From: Vicugna vicugna
Taxonomy: Eukaryota
DNA: 64,000 bases
Assembly (NCBI GenBank): GCA_013265495.1
Contig: MU058636.1
Location: 2,963,967-3,027,966 of the forward strand
Direction: 5' to 3'
Under the pieces are notes generated by a model. That model saw nothing but the letters and a program-made list of their open reading frames with translations, did not search any database and was not told the DNA's origin. Position numbers and translations under genes: made by a program. Positions 1 to 11,254 of the stretch are shown piece after piece (position 1 is the stretch's first letter; each line of letters begins with the position of its first letter).

Positions 1-235
1 AGGCTTGAAACGTGCTGGTGTGTGTTTGGCTTGCCTTTGTCCTTCCGCCCTCCGCCGTGGAAGAGCTCGCCCCGCCGGGGAACTAAAGGTCCTAGAATGA
101 AAGGCACAGGAATCACCCACAACCAGAAGCAGAGATGCCCCAACCAACCTGCAGGCCTAAAACAGGAAAAATAAATGATCATTGTCACCACTGAGAACTT
201 GGCGTTGTTTGTTATTCAGCGTTACAGAGGAAACC
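1..235 (+). mobile_element. MaLR (MLT1-type) LTR 3' fragment
   Basis: AATAAA followed by 'ccactgagaacttggcgttgtttgttattcagc', which is typical of MLT1 LTR ends. Confidence 0.55.
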
Positions 236-2264
236 ACCATAACTCTTGGTTACTCCGCTACCGTGGAAACCTGATTAGGAAAATGATGTTGTGCTTCCAG
301 AGCCGCTCCTCCTTTGGTCCTGTCAGTGTATCTCAGTCACTTCTCTCCATCTCCAGTGCCACCATTATCTTAGCCCAACTGGAGCCAATATTTGCCTGGA
401 CCACTGCAAAACCCTGCCTGGCCACACACCTCTGCTCTGCCCCCTTGGCATGTGGGTCTCCACCCCGCAGCCACACTGACCTTTGAAAAGAGCCAGTCGC
501 ATTTTTAAGGAGGGTGGGTTTTGCCACTCTCTTGGCCCGGGTGATTCTCACACTGTCACTGGTGTACAGATAACAGAGCCACTGTTCCCCACTGGGTGTA
601 ACCTGGGTGTGACCTGGTTACTCTTACCATCCTCTCTGGGGGGAGAACTTACGTGTGTCATGAGCCTTTGAACTGAGGGCAACAGTTGGAATGGGCTGAA
701 AAAGGATGAAGTCACACTTGCTGGGCTCCTGATGGGGGCAGGCAGGCTGTGAGAAAGATGGCACCTCAGCCCAGTGCCCTCCCACCGGTGTAGACAGGCT
801 GCTGTTGGCTAGGGTCCCTCCTGGCCCCCGGAGCTTCTGGGGCAGAGGCTGGGCAGTCTCTCCACACACACCCTTCTCTCTCTCTGGTTTTTGCAGGCCA
901 GCGAAGTCCCTCTGGCCTCAGGGCCAGTGCTCCGTCCCTCCCTCTCGGCCACAGTCCAGTTTGTGACCTACTGACTTTAGCTGACCTTCAACTCCTGCTC
1001 TCTTCAAGACTCTGCCTTTCATCTCTCTAGAGGCCCTGCTCCCACAGCTGCCATCCCGCGAGTGGAAGTCAGTGGCCAAACTCGACCCCGTCTTTGTCTT
1101 TGTCTTCCGGGAAAGCACAGCCTTAGTCCTCCCCGGGAACAGCCGTGCTGGTTTAGGAGTGCAAAAACCAAAAGCACAGGGAGAATGTATTTGAAAGATA
1201 ACTCAGTGCATGATCATGTGACTGCCCCTCTCCTACATAAAACTATTCAATAGCTTCCTGCTGATCTTAAAGAATAAAACCGTAAACATGGCTCCAAAGA
1301 GCCCACACGGTCTGGCTTTGGCCTTCTTTTCCAGCTGTCCGCCTGGAGATTTGAACTCCAGCCCCTCTGGCCTGCTTCCTGAGCCTTGGAGAATCCATGC
1401 CCCCTCTCCCACCGAGTCCTCCTTCCTCTTGGAAGCACCTCTCACCCACCCAGTCTCTGTGATGAACTCCCATAGCCTGACTCCTTTTATTTGAGGAATT
1501 TCTTTTACTTGCTAGACTATGGTCACCATCTCTCTCTCCCTGCATCGTCGGATGCGAGAGAACTAAGAGATGGTCGTCTTTATCATTGCTGGTCTTCAGT
1601 GAATGAATGAACGAATGAATGGGATAGATGGGTAAGTGGAGGATGCAGGGATGGGAGTTACTAGTTACATCAATCGTGCAACTCTGGGTCCTAATCCAAT
1701 TTGATCCATCAAAGTGAGCAATGAGCAGACACAGCCTGATGAATGGTCAGAATATATAGCTGCCTACTGGGGACCATTTGAAATGGAAAAATTAAGTCCT
1801 CCCAAATCACCTGCTCCCATCCTCTGAAAATTTTACCACTTTGTGTTATTCCTTTGTACTGGTCTTCAAGAAATCTTTTACTGAAATGCCAAGAATTCCA
1901 GGAGCCTTCAGTCCCCATGAACTACACTTCAGACAGCAGAATTCACAGCTGAGTCCCTGGAGATCAGGGGGAGGAGGAGGAAGGGCAAGCAGGAGAAACA
2001 GAGAGGTGGGGAGGGAGACAGGCTGTGAGCGAGGCCCTGGGAGGAAGTCAAGACCGCAAAGGTATCAGCAGCTTCCCAGATCTGCCAAGCTTGAATCTTT
2101 CTGCTTTCATGCTTCATGGTCCAGCAAAGAGTCATTTCACTGTCTTGAGGTTTTCCCCCAAGGGACAAGGATACAAAAGCACACAGGGGAAGCTTCCTTG
2201 GAGATAAATGGAGGCACTTGGACATACAGATGGGGTGGTTAGCATTTGACGACATCCTCTTGGA

Positions 2265-2375
2265 AAACTCATTCATTCATCATTTGCACATAAAGAAATG
2301 CTACTGTTAATCCCGTGCCCGGCACTGGGCTGGGCACTGACAACACAGAATGAACCAGTGTTCTTACCCCCAGGG
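2265..2375 (-). mobile_element. L2 LINE 3' end fragment
   Basis: (ATTC)n tail followed by 'gtgcccggcactgggctgggcactg', the reverse complement of the L2 terminus. Confidence 0.6.
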
Positions 2376-3759
2376 AATAGCAGGGACCTCCCACAAGAGC
2401 TTTTAGAGAAAACACATCTGTTCTTCTGGGTCCACCCAGACTCCCCGGCTTGTAACCACCTGGAAGTCGTGACACTTGTGGATTTGGGGGAAGTTGGGGA
2501 CTATATGAGATTGCTGGGGGGCGCAAAGGGAAAGGGAAACAATATTCTCCCTTCCTGTCTTTTTTAAATTTTTGGTGCCAGGACATGAGAAGATGAGGGG
2601 AGAGGGGGATGTGGTTAGATGTGGACTCCAGGAAACGTCTCCATTGTGGTTTGAATTACTCTGGTGGCCTGATGCCAGCCTGTGGCTTTGAAGCTTTGCT
2701 GCAAATACAGAAAAGATGTCGGATCTGCAAAGGAGAGTTTAACTGGCTGGTGATGTGAGGACCGGTTAAATTTGCTGCATCTTATTTCATTTCACTTATT
2801 TCCTTTTGTTCCTGATATTCAATTTCCACCCTTCTTCAGTTATGTCAGAGCTGGGCTCTTCGTGGTCCAGCATCCTACCCTTAATGAAAGTTCTTCTATT
2901 TCTTTTCTTACTTTTATTACACATTCTTCCCCCACCCCCGGCCGTTACAGAGGGCATGTACAAAATACAGCAATGCTGCGATTTCAATAAAAGCCATGTA
3001 ATCTCTTCCTAAAGCACCGCTCTGCTTTGAAAAATCAATATTCCTCCATTGGCAATCTCCCATAATGTGGTTAGTTTAACAAGATAAAATTTGAAAAATC
3101 AAAATGTTGTGAGAACCACTGCACTCTTACAAGTTCTCCTTAGTTTCCTACCCTCCAAGGTTTTAGACCCTTATGTCCTCTCTCATGGCTAGCTAAGGAA
3201 GGGAAGAAGCCAAGAAGAGCTGGCCTGGAACCATTTCAGAAGAGAGGGTGTAATCGGCAGGGTGGCTTTGTCATAAGTGACAGAAACTCACCCTGAGCAG
3301 CCAAAGTGACAATGGTGTGGACGGAGGGGTTGGGGCTTGTTAGCAGAGGGAGGGGACAGGAGCCTGGACAGCAAAATGCGGTGTCCCCCCTAGAGGCCCA
3401 AAGCAAGTGGTTCCTTCTCACTGCCACCCTCAGCCGTTCAATTATGAGGATGGTGGGGAGGAAGATGGAGGGAGAGGCTCTCCTGTTTGGAAAAGGTGTC
3501 TGGGCTAAGGGGCTGAGCGTGGTTCATCAGGAAAAATGTTTGTCTTCGTGCCCCAGGATGTGGGGCCCCTTACTGGACTCCCTTGCTTGGTAAAAAGGAA
3601 AGGCTTTCAACAGAGCTGTCGACAAGAGTAAACCCACCTCCTCACCAATGAAGCTTCAAGCCACCCATCTCTGCACTGGAGCTGTGCACGTGCGAGATTG
3701 CCCACTACCTCTGTGCCGCCAACACCAGGGCACTTTCTGGTCCTCCTGTTGCCCTGCTG

Positions 3760-4880
3760 GAGATACCTGACCACTCCTCGTCCTGGAAACGTGGTTCCCG
3801 CGGCATCTCCGATACCCGCCCCATCCCTGCTTTCTCCTTCTGCACTGGCCTCTCCTTCATTCTCTTCTGCTGACTTCTCCTCCTTTTGTCCCCTAGATGT
3901 TGAGCTTGCTCAAAGTTTGGTCCTCGGCCCTCTTCTTGTCTCTATGTTCTCTCTTTAAGCAGTTTCATTTACTCACATTTCCACTTAGATGTGCCCCAGG
4001 CATCTCACACTTAACATCCAACAACAGAGCCCTTGAAGTGCCTACCCAGCCTGAGTCTGAGCCTCTCCTGCTCTCTGGAGGAGGTCCCACCATCCCCCTG
4101 ATCACTGTCGCCCCTGGTCACTGGGTACCATCTTTGACTCCCTACATCTCTGCTCTCCACTGTCTAACCCAATGGCACGTTCATTGGGCCAAACTTCAAC
4201 TATATCTGCTATGAGCCTGTCTCTCTTTGACAACCGACAACCATCTGGGTCAAAGCTACCATCATATCTCATGTGGGTGACCGAGCAGCCTCCCAGCTGG
4301 TCTCACTATTTCCTCTCTTGCCTCCTCCGACTAGTTTTCCATAGCAGATTCCTAAAATTCTTCAGTGATGTCCCACTGCCCTAAAGAGAAGGGCCAATGT
4401 CTTCTCCAGGTCCTCTAGGTTCTGCCTCTTCTAGCTCCTCTTAACTGTACCAGCTCATCCATGCCCACGTCCTGCTCTCTCACTGGGCCAAGGCACACAG
4501 GATATCCCTACATTCTTGGAATACACAGAGCTCTTTCCTGCCCCACAGCCTTACCCTCACTCTTTCCTCTGCCTGGACCGCTTTCCTCTACTGCTTGTTT
4601 GTTACCTTTTTTCTTATCATGTATGACTCAGCCTAAATGTCACCTCCTCCAAGACGTCCTCCAAAAGGCTTTGGCTGACTACCCTACTCTCTGCTCTAGC
4701 ACTGTCATTTCCTTCCAAGAACGAATGAGCGTTTGCAATTATTTGTTTATTGCATCTTACATTAGATCAGGAGCACCCCAAAGACAGGGATCATAACATG
4801 TTCTCCATTTTTCCTTAACACCAGCAGAAGACCTGGTGGATAACATGTGCTCGAGCAATGGTTTTGGAAGAAATGCATAA
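3760..4880 (+). mobile_element. L2 LINE fragment
   Basis: Pyrimidine-rich body with L2 phrases ('catctcacacttaacat', 'aaatgtcacctcctc') and a degenerate L2 3' terminus. Confidence 0.65.
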
Positions 4881-5509
4881 AAACAGCATCTATGCCAACT
4901 AATATATGTTGGTCAGTGTCCTCATTTTGACCACTGAACTCCAGATATTTTTGTTGGTGAAACTTTTGGGGGAAATATCTAAATAATCTGGAATTGAGGT
5001 CATGTTGTCTTAAGATGTACTCAGAGAATTCCATGTTGCATTAATTTTCAAACAGAACAAAGCTACACTCCTTTAGAAAAGATTAGAGAAGGAAAATTTC
5101 TATGGCAAGACTACTTCTTACTCCAATGAAAAAATTCACCTAGTAAGTAAGATAGAAGCAGTATCTTTGAAGTTAATGTGGAAACTCTGCACTGGAATCT
5201 CTATATGTGATAAAGCAGAAAGGGTGAAGATTAAACTGAGATACCTTTTTGGGACTAAAACTACAACTTGCTATCAATGAAACATTCTGACCCTGACCAT
5301 CTCCTCTCCACCTAAAAAAAAAAAACCCAAAAAGTTATTTAAAAAGAATACTTCAGAGTCATCAAGTGGAAGATATAAGATTATTTGAAGTTTAAGTCTT
5401 TATGAGGAGGTGTTTGGTGTTAGCCTGTAGTCATTGCCTCATAATTCTTTTCTAAAAAAGGAAAAAGAGCTTTTACAGCGGCTGCAAAATTTTCAATAGA
5501 AATAAGTTC

Positions 5510-6047
5510 ACCAACAACCTAAATGTCCACCAACAGATGACTAGATAAAGAAGTTGTGGTACATACATATATACAATGGAATACTACTCAGCCATTAAAA
5601 ATAATAAAATAATGCCATTTGCAGCAACATGGATGGACCTGGAGATGATCATTCTAAGTGAAGTAAGGCAGAAAGAGAAAGAAAAATATCATGTGACATC
5701 ACTTAGATATGAAATGAAAAAAAAAGACACAAATGAACATATTTACAATACAGAAACAGACTCCCAGACATAGAGAACAAACTTATGGTTATCAGTGGGG
5801 GGAAGGGGGTGGAAAGAATAAACTGGGAGTTTGGGATTTGCAGATACTAACTAATATATATAAAATAGATAAACAACAAGTTCCTACTGCATAGCACAGG
5901 CAACTATAGTCAATATCTTATAGTCACTCATAATGAAAAAGAATATGAAAAGGAATATACATGTGTATATGTATAACTGAATCACTATGTTGTATGCCAG
6001 AAATTAACACAACATTATAAACCAACTATACTTCAATTAAAAAAAAA
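5510..6047 (+). mobile_element. 5'-truncated L1 (ORF2 C-terminus, 3'UTR and poly(A))
   Basis: ORF 5576..5773 MEYYSAIKNNKIMPFAATWMDLE is the L1 ORF2 C-terminal signature. The element ends 'actatacttcaattaaaaaaaaa'. Confidence 0.92.
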
Positions 6048-6072
6048 GATGAAAATGTATTCTCGAAACTTG

Positions 6073-6323
6073 CAGACACCACGTGAAGATGAACACAGAC
6101 ATGGCGACATGGTTACAAGCCACAGAACATCAAAGATGACCCTCAACCACCAGGAGCTGGGCGAGAGGCATGGAACAGATTCTCTGTCCCCACCCTCAGA
6201 AGGAACCAACCCTGTGATGACTTGATCTTGGACGTCCATCCTCCAGAACTGTTGGACAATGTCTGTGGTTTAGGCATCCAGTTTGTGGTACTTTGTTACG
6301 GCATCTCGAGGAAACTGATCAAA
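6073..6323 (+). mobile_element. MaLR LTR (MLT1B/C/D-like) 3' portion
   Basis: 'ccctcagaaggaaccaaccctg...atcttggac...cctccagaactgt...cagtttgtggtactttgttacggca' is the classic MLT1 3' half. Confidence 0.85.
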
Positions 6324-7084
6324 TAGGCAGCCATCAACAGAGTGAACAGGAGCCCTGTTGAAAGTGTACCCGGACAACAGGGCTGGGTGGCTCCCCTTCC
6401 TATAAACAGTTGTTGGATTTGAGTCTCTTCGGTTTCTTGTGTGCTTTCTGCTGTCTCTCCTTCTGACAAGACGGCACAGGCATCTTCAGTGACGGGAAGG
6501 AGCCCTGTTTCCCGCATCGCACAGAAGACCTCCCGCCTCTGACAAATCAAGTATTTTTGGGTACCGCTAAAGTTGTCATTTGCCTAAAGGAACGCACACC
6601 CAAAATGAGAGCTCAGATGAGAAGAAACAAGCTTTCTGACCCAAACTTACCAGCACAAACTTGTCTGCTGGCACATATTTTTAACCTGCTCTGCATCTGT
6701 CCCTGGGCCGGGCACCCATTGTGCAGTGATGCTGGTTTCTGGCTTTCACACTTGTTGACGATCTTGGAGACCATTCTCAACTATTTACAGCTCCGGCTGC
6801 ATGTGTTACTTGGGAGCTGGTCTCGGGGATCTCCACAGCAGTTTTGGGGAACTGAGACAGAGAACCAATTTGCATTTACCCATCCCTCCTGTTGCTTAAA
6901 ACTAAGTCCTCGCAGCCAGGGGTCAGGCGCCACAAAGCTCCTGTCTTCGTGTTTATTTCTTTGTTCAGGGTGGATACCTTGCCTACCTCCGAGTGCATCC
7001 ATCCAGAAACAAAAAACAGCTAGGGTGGGTCCATTAAAAAAAAAAAAAGAAGAAGAAAAAAAAGGAAAGGGAATTCACATCTTT

Positions 7085-7270
7085 TGAGCACTTACATGTG
7101 TGGGCTTCTGGGCAAACATTAGTTCAGTGACTCTCAGCAATGATCAAGCCACTGGGACACTAGGTGTTTTATTTCACTTCACATTGAGAAACTGAGGTTT
7201 AGAGAAGTTAAGTGGTGTGCCCACACTCATTAGACTGGTTTATGGGGGTGGGCCTGGTGTCAAAAGCACA
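7085..7270 (-). mobile_element. MIR SINE
   Basis: Reverse-complement MIR core 'gagaaactgaggtttagagaagttaagt'. Confidence 0.65.
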
Positions 7271-10200
7271 CCCATGTGGCTGTTGGGCTTGTGTTTTTTG
7301 CACATTACCAACAGGGGTTCTGTGAACTCTGGGCAGCTGTGCAGGCAACAAACAGAAAAGGAGGCTAAGGGTGCAAACAGCTGCAGGTGGGTATAAAGCA
7401 GAGCTACGAGTTTTTAGGCAACTAAGGAGCAGACTGCCCGGCTCTCGTCAGAGAAATAGGTCAAAGCAATTCGAGAAAAAAGAAACTTTGTGAGAAATTT
7501 GCTACAAAGATCTTTTGTAATTATGGGACCAAAGGATACCCCAGGTCTCCCAGCAGTCAGTAACTGTCACCCTCCCATGGAAAGTTGAGGCCACGCTTGT
7601 GTGGGTTCAGGTGTGGGAGGGTCCAGGGGTGTGGGTGGCGTGGAGAGGTGGGTGGCATTTACAAGGAAGGGCCTGGACACCAAAGAGATGCCAGGTCAAA
7701 GTCAGAAGGAACAGGCCAGTGCTGGTCTCCAGGCCACGTGAAGCTGGGCCTGGGTGTGTGTGTGTTCAAAAGATGAAACCCAAGCTTGAAGAGGTCAAAG
7801 CAGATGGAAATAGCGTTAAGTCTGGTGTCACTCCTGACCCAAGGACAATCTACTTCTGCGCTTTGTTTCTTTTTTAAAAGCAGCATCTGTGGCCTCTGGG
7901 GTGCTCATGTAAGGTGCCTCCCAAGAGCCAGGCAGGAGCAGTTGCCAGCTGGTCATTCTTTGTGTCAACCTTTGATGAAAGGTGAGATGAAAGGCATGGG
8001 AAGAGCTGAGCATTTCCCAGAGTTCCCACGCCCTCGAGTGGCCGGCAGACCCCTCCTTGGGGTGGCCCTGGGTTTACTCCTCTGAGGACCCTGCCTGCCT
8101 GCTGACGGCACAGCCCCTGCACCAGAGTGGGGAGCAGAACGGCCTGTTTCTCTGGAGAAGGGCCTTGGATGATGCCACCTGTATGACGTCATGCTGGACT
8201 CAGGGTCCTGCACAGTTGGTCACCCCAGGCTCAGTGGGCAGACGGACGCTCCCCGGTGCTGACCTTCTGGAGTCGGGGACACAGCCCAGTGCAGCCAGCG
8301 CTCTGTCCTCTGGGCCAGGTTGTTGGCCTCCATGGGAACGTGTACTTTGTTCAGAAAACAGCGCCCACACTCTGAAGAGGACTCGCCTCCTCGAAAAAGG
8401 ATTCTGTTCCTGCTCCCTCAGTGCCTGGCGCTGCCAGCCACAGGAATTCTACCCAGCAATTAAAATAAACCACCTGCACGTGCACAGTCAATCTTGGGGG
8501 GCTGGAGTCGTGGAGGAAAGATGGCACAGAATTTGAACTAAAATATGTTCCAGAGCAGCTTGGGTCTCTTGAACTGGAAAGTGGCTTTTCTTCTAGTGTT
8601 CGAGTCTTAGTGACTTCAGAATTGGAAGAGAAGGCAGTGCTCACGGGGTCCAACCTCCATATATTATGGTAAAGGAAACGGAGGGCGAGTGTGTCCAGGG
8701 TCACCATGGGCTCGGGGTAGCTGAGGCCACCAGCCTGCCGCACCCTCAGTGGGTGTCTGATGGGGGCACAAGGGGTCAGAGAAGCCCCAGGGGAGACAGA
8801 CTAGCTCTGCATCTGGAATTAGAGGACCCAGGGGATGGTTACATGGCAGGAGACTGCGGGATTGGGAATGCAGGCATGGGATAGGGGTGAAGAGGGTACT
8901 CCCAGGGCCAGCGAGCGCACCCGCCTGATAGGTTTGGAGAAAAAGTGAGAACTAAAGCTGGGCAGTACATTGGTCAGAGCTGATGACTGTAGAAACCAGG
9001 GTCCCTGCCAGCCAGTTAAAGCAGGAAGGACTTAGTGGTCTGTATTACCCAGAGACTAGGAAGGATGAACAGTCTCTAAGTTGAGCCTCCAAGAAGGACC
9101 CCCTTCACCACGCTGCAAAACTGGGTGTAGAGGGAGCGGAGGCCTCCGCTGGGACCAGGCAGCTGCCAGAGTCAGATGCTGCCTGCAAACCAGGGAGTCA
9201 CTGCTTCCACAGCAGAGCCCACTGCCCCGCCACCCGCTCCGGCAGAATGCGCCCGGGGTCTCCTCCCACAAACCGCAGCTGTGAACCAAAATCTCACCTG
9301 GGCGCACGCGACGGGAGGGACGTCAATGAAAGCTGGGACTCTAGCTGCACGACAGCCGGGAAAATGGTTTTGCGTTTGCACCTGCGCGCTGACAAGGCAT
9401 GCTGGGAAGGGCTTGGAGGCCTGTGGACCAGCCAATCCCGGGATTCCCTGCAGGGGCAGCCCGGTGTCTGTGATCCAAGGTAAGGAGACAATGGTAAGTT
9501 CTCAGCCCCAAGGGAGTCATGATTTGGAAAAGGTTTATCTAAAAACATGATTACAACCAGATTTGTCACTAGGAAGTCTTAAGTGAAAAAGGCTGTGTAG
9601 GAGACAGCTGCTGTGATCCACTAATGTCAGAGATAATGAAGCCTGGAGCAGGGGCAGCAGAGCAGAAAAGAAGAAAATAATTAACGGCAAATTGAGAATA
9701 TTTGGTGAATGGTGAGATGGGGAATGAAACCAACCCTAAACGCTGCCAGCGGAGACTCTCACATATCCTTGAACTCTGAGTGCCTCCCCCAATGCGTGGC
9801 TTACAGTAGGTGCCCAATAAATGAATTTCAGGTGAACCAGAGGGACAAGTCAGGATGGTAAGTGACCACCAAAAGGCAGGTGTTTAAATAACTTTAAACA
9901 ATTAAATGTTTTATTTATATTTTGTTTTATTTATCAATGTTTGGATAATTGAAACAATGACAATAGATTTTGCTGTTTTCCCTCCGTTGTGGCAGCAGTG
10001 TGGGTAGTAAACGGCAAGAGCACTTTACAAAGAGTCGGGAGGGGACTGAGGGGTGGAGGAATGGGAGAAAGTGAAAAATAGCTGATTCTCTGGCAGAAGT
10101 GAGGGTCTAGCAGTACACCTGAACTGGGAGAATAATCCGACCTTGCAGGGTGGCCCCAGGTGGAAATGAGATTGGAGAGCAGGCTTGTAGCCACAATGTC

Positions 10201-10812
10201 TATTCAATGTCTTTTTTCCTTCATCAGGATAATTTGTGACTGTGGAGTCGGATTTACTTGTGAGAGATCTGCACAGAGTCTTCCTGTTTTTTCTCTCCTT
10301 TTTGTCAGCTACATCTTCATGACACCTAGAACCCAGGCTGCTGCTCAGCCCTCTACCTCCGACATAAGGCCTTTGGACAGCATTGCCAGTTGGTCAAGTA
10401 AGTTCTTGGGCAAATCAGTGTTCTAAATGTTTATTTTAAAATAATCCTTACAATCCTATAAAATAGGTATTATTCTTACTCTACATATGAAAAAAATTCA
10501 AGTCCAAGATTAAGTGACCTGGACCTCAAAGCCAGGCCTGATACCCAAGCCCAGCTATTCCCATGCTTGGTACCCGGAACCCTGAGTATCAGTCAAAATG
10601 GAGATGCATTAAAAGGAGCAGATTTGTTAAAATGCTCTGAGAAACACTGGGGGACAGTAGCACACTAACGACTCAGTTAAACTTTACTAAGAATTAGACA
10701 TTTCTTCTTTAATTTTGTCCACTAACTTTTTCAGAACCCCTCAACCCCCCGCTACCCCTGAGGCTGAGAGAGCTTCACAAATGTCATAGTCTCTTAGAGA
10801 AAGCAGAGCAAG

Positions 10813-10831
10813 TGGCCGGCAGGGGGCGCTG
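10813..10831 (+). promoter_or_regulatory. CTCF binding motif
   Basis: TGGCCGGCAGGGGGCGCTG closely matches the CTCF core consensus TGGCCACCAGGGGGCGCTA and lies in a local GC/CpG-rich patch. Confidence 0.75.
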
Positions 10832-11254
10832 AGGGGAGCCACAGCCAGTCACCCCCTGTCCACGCCCGAGAAGCCCACACTGCCAGGTCAGGGAAACAGT
10901 GCTGAGACAACGGCCGAAAGCCTGGGGTTTTGTAGGTTATATGTCCTTCTTCCAGCCGCCCCGCTCCCAACCCCCGTCACTCTGGCTAACAAGTGACTAT
11001 ATTACAAAATAATAATCGAGAAAAAACTGAAGAAATGCCTGTGACAGTTACCAATAAGGATGGTATAAGAGCACACTAAATTTTGATCGCTTCTCTTTGA
11101 TTTTGGTAATATAGAAGAATAAAGGCTGACACAATGCTGATTTTTACTGAAGAATGTAATAAAATAAATTGAAGGAAAAAAGACAAAAATAGTAGAGAGA
11201 ATATTTTTACACCAAAATTAGGAATAGAAGTCATCTGAAAGAAGGGAAATATTC

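Noticed and set aside
1929..2276. ORF containing MSSNA, resembling the UBL3 N-terminus
   Set aside because: It lies downstream of the gene's 3' end, diverges after four residues and begins in an L2 tail. The similarity is coincidental.
5400..5444. Possible pre-miRNA-like hairpin (ttatgagg...cctcataa)
   Set aside because: Only an 8-bp stem with a poorly paired interior, so chance level.
6557..9569. Longer ORFs (176, 159, 130 and 124 aa) in the GC-rich flank
   Set aside because: No recognisable domains, mostly non-ATG starts, overlapping on both strands, and expected by chance in GC-rich DNA.
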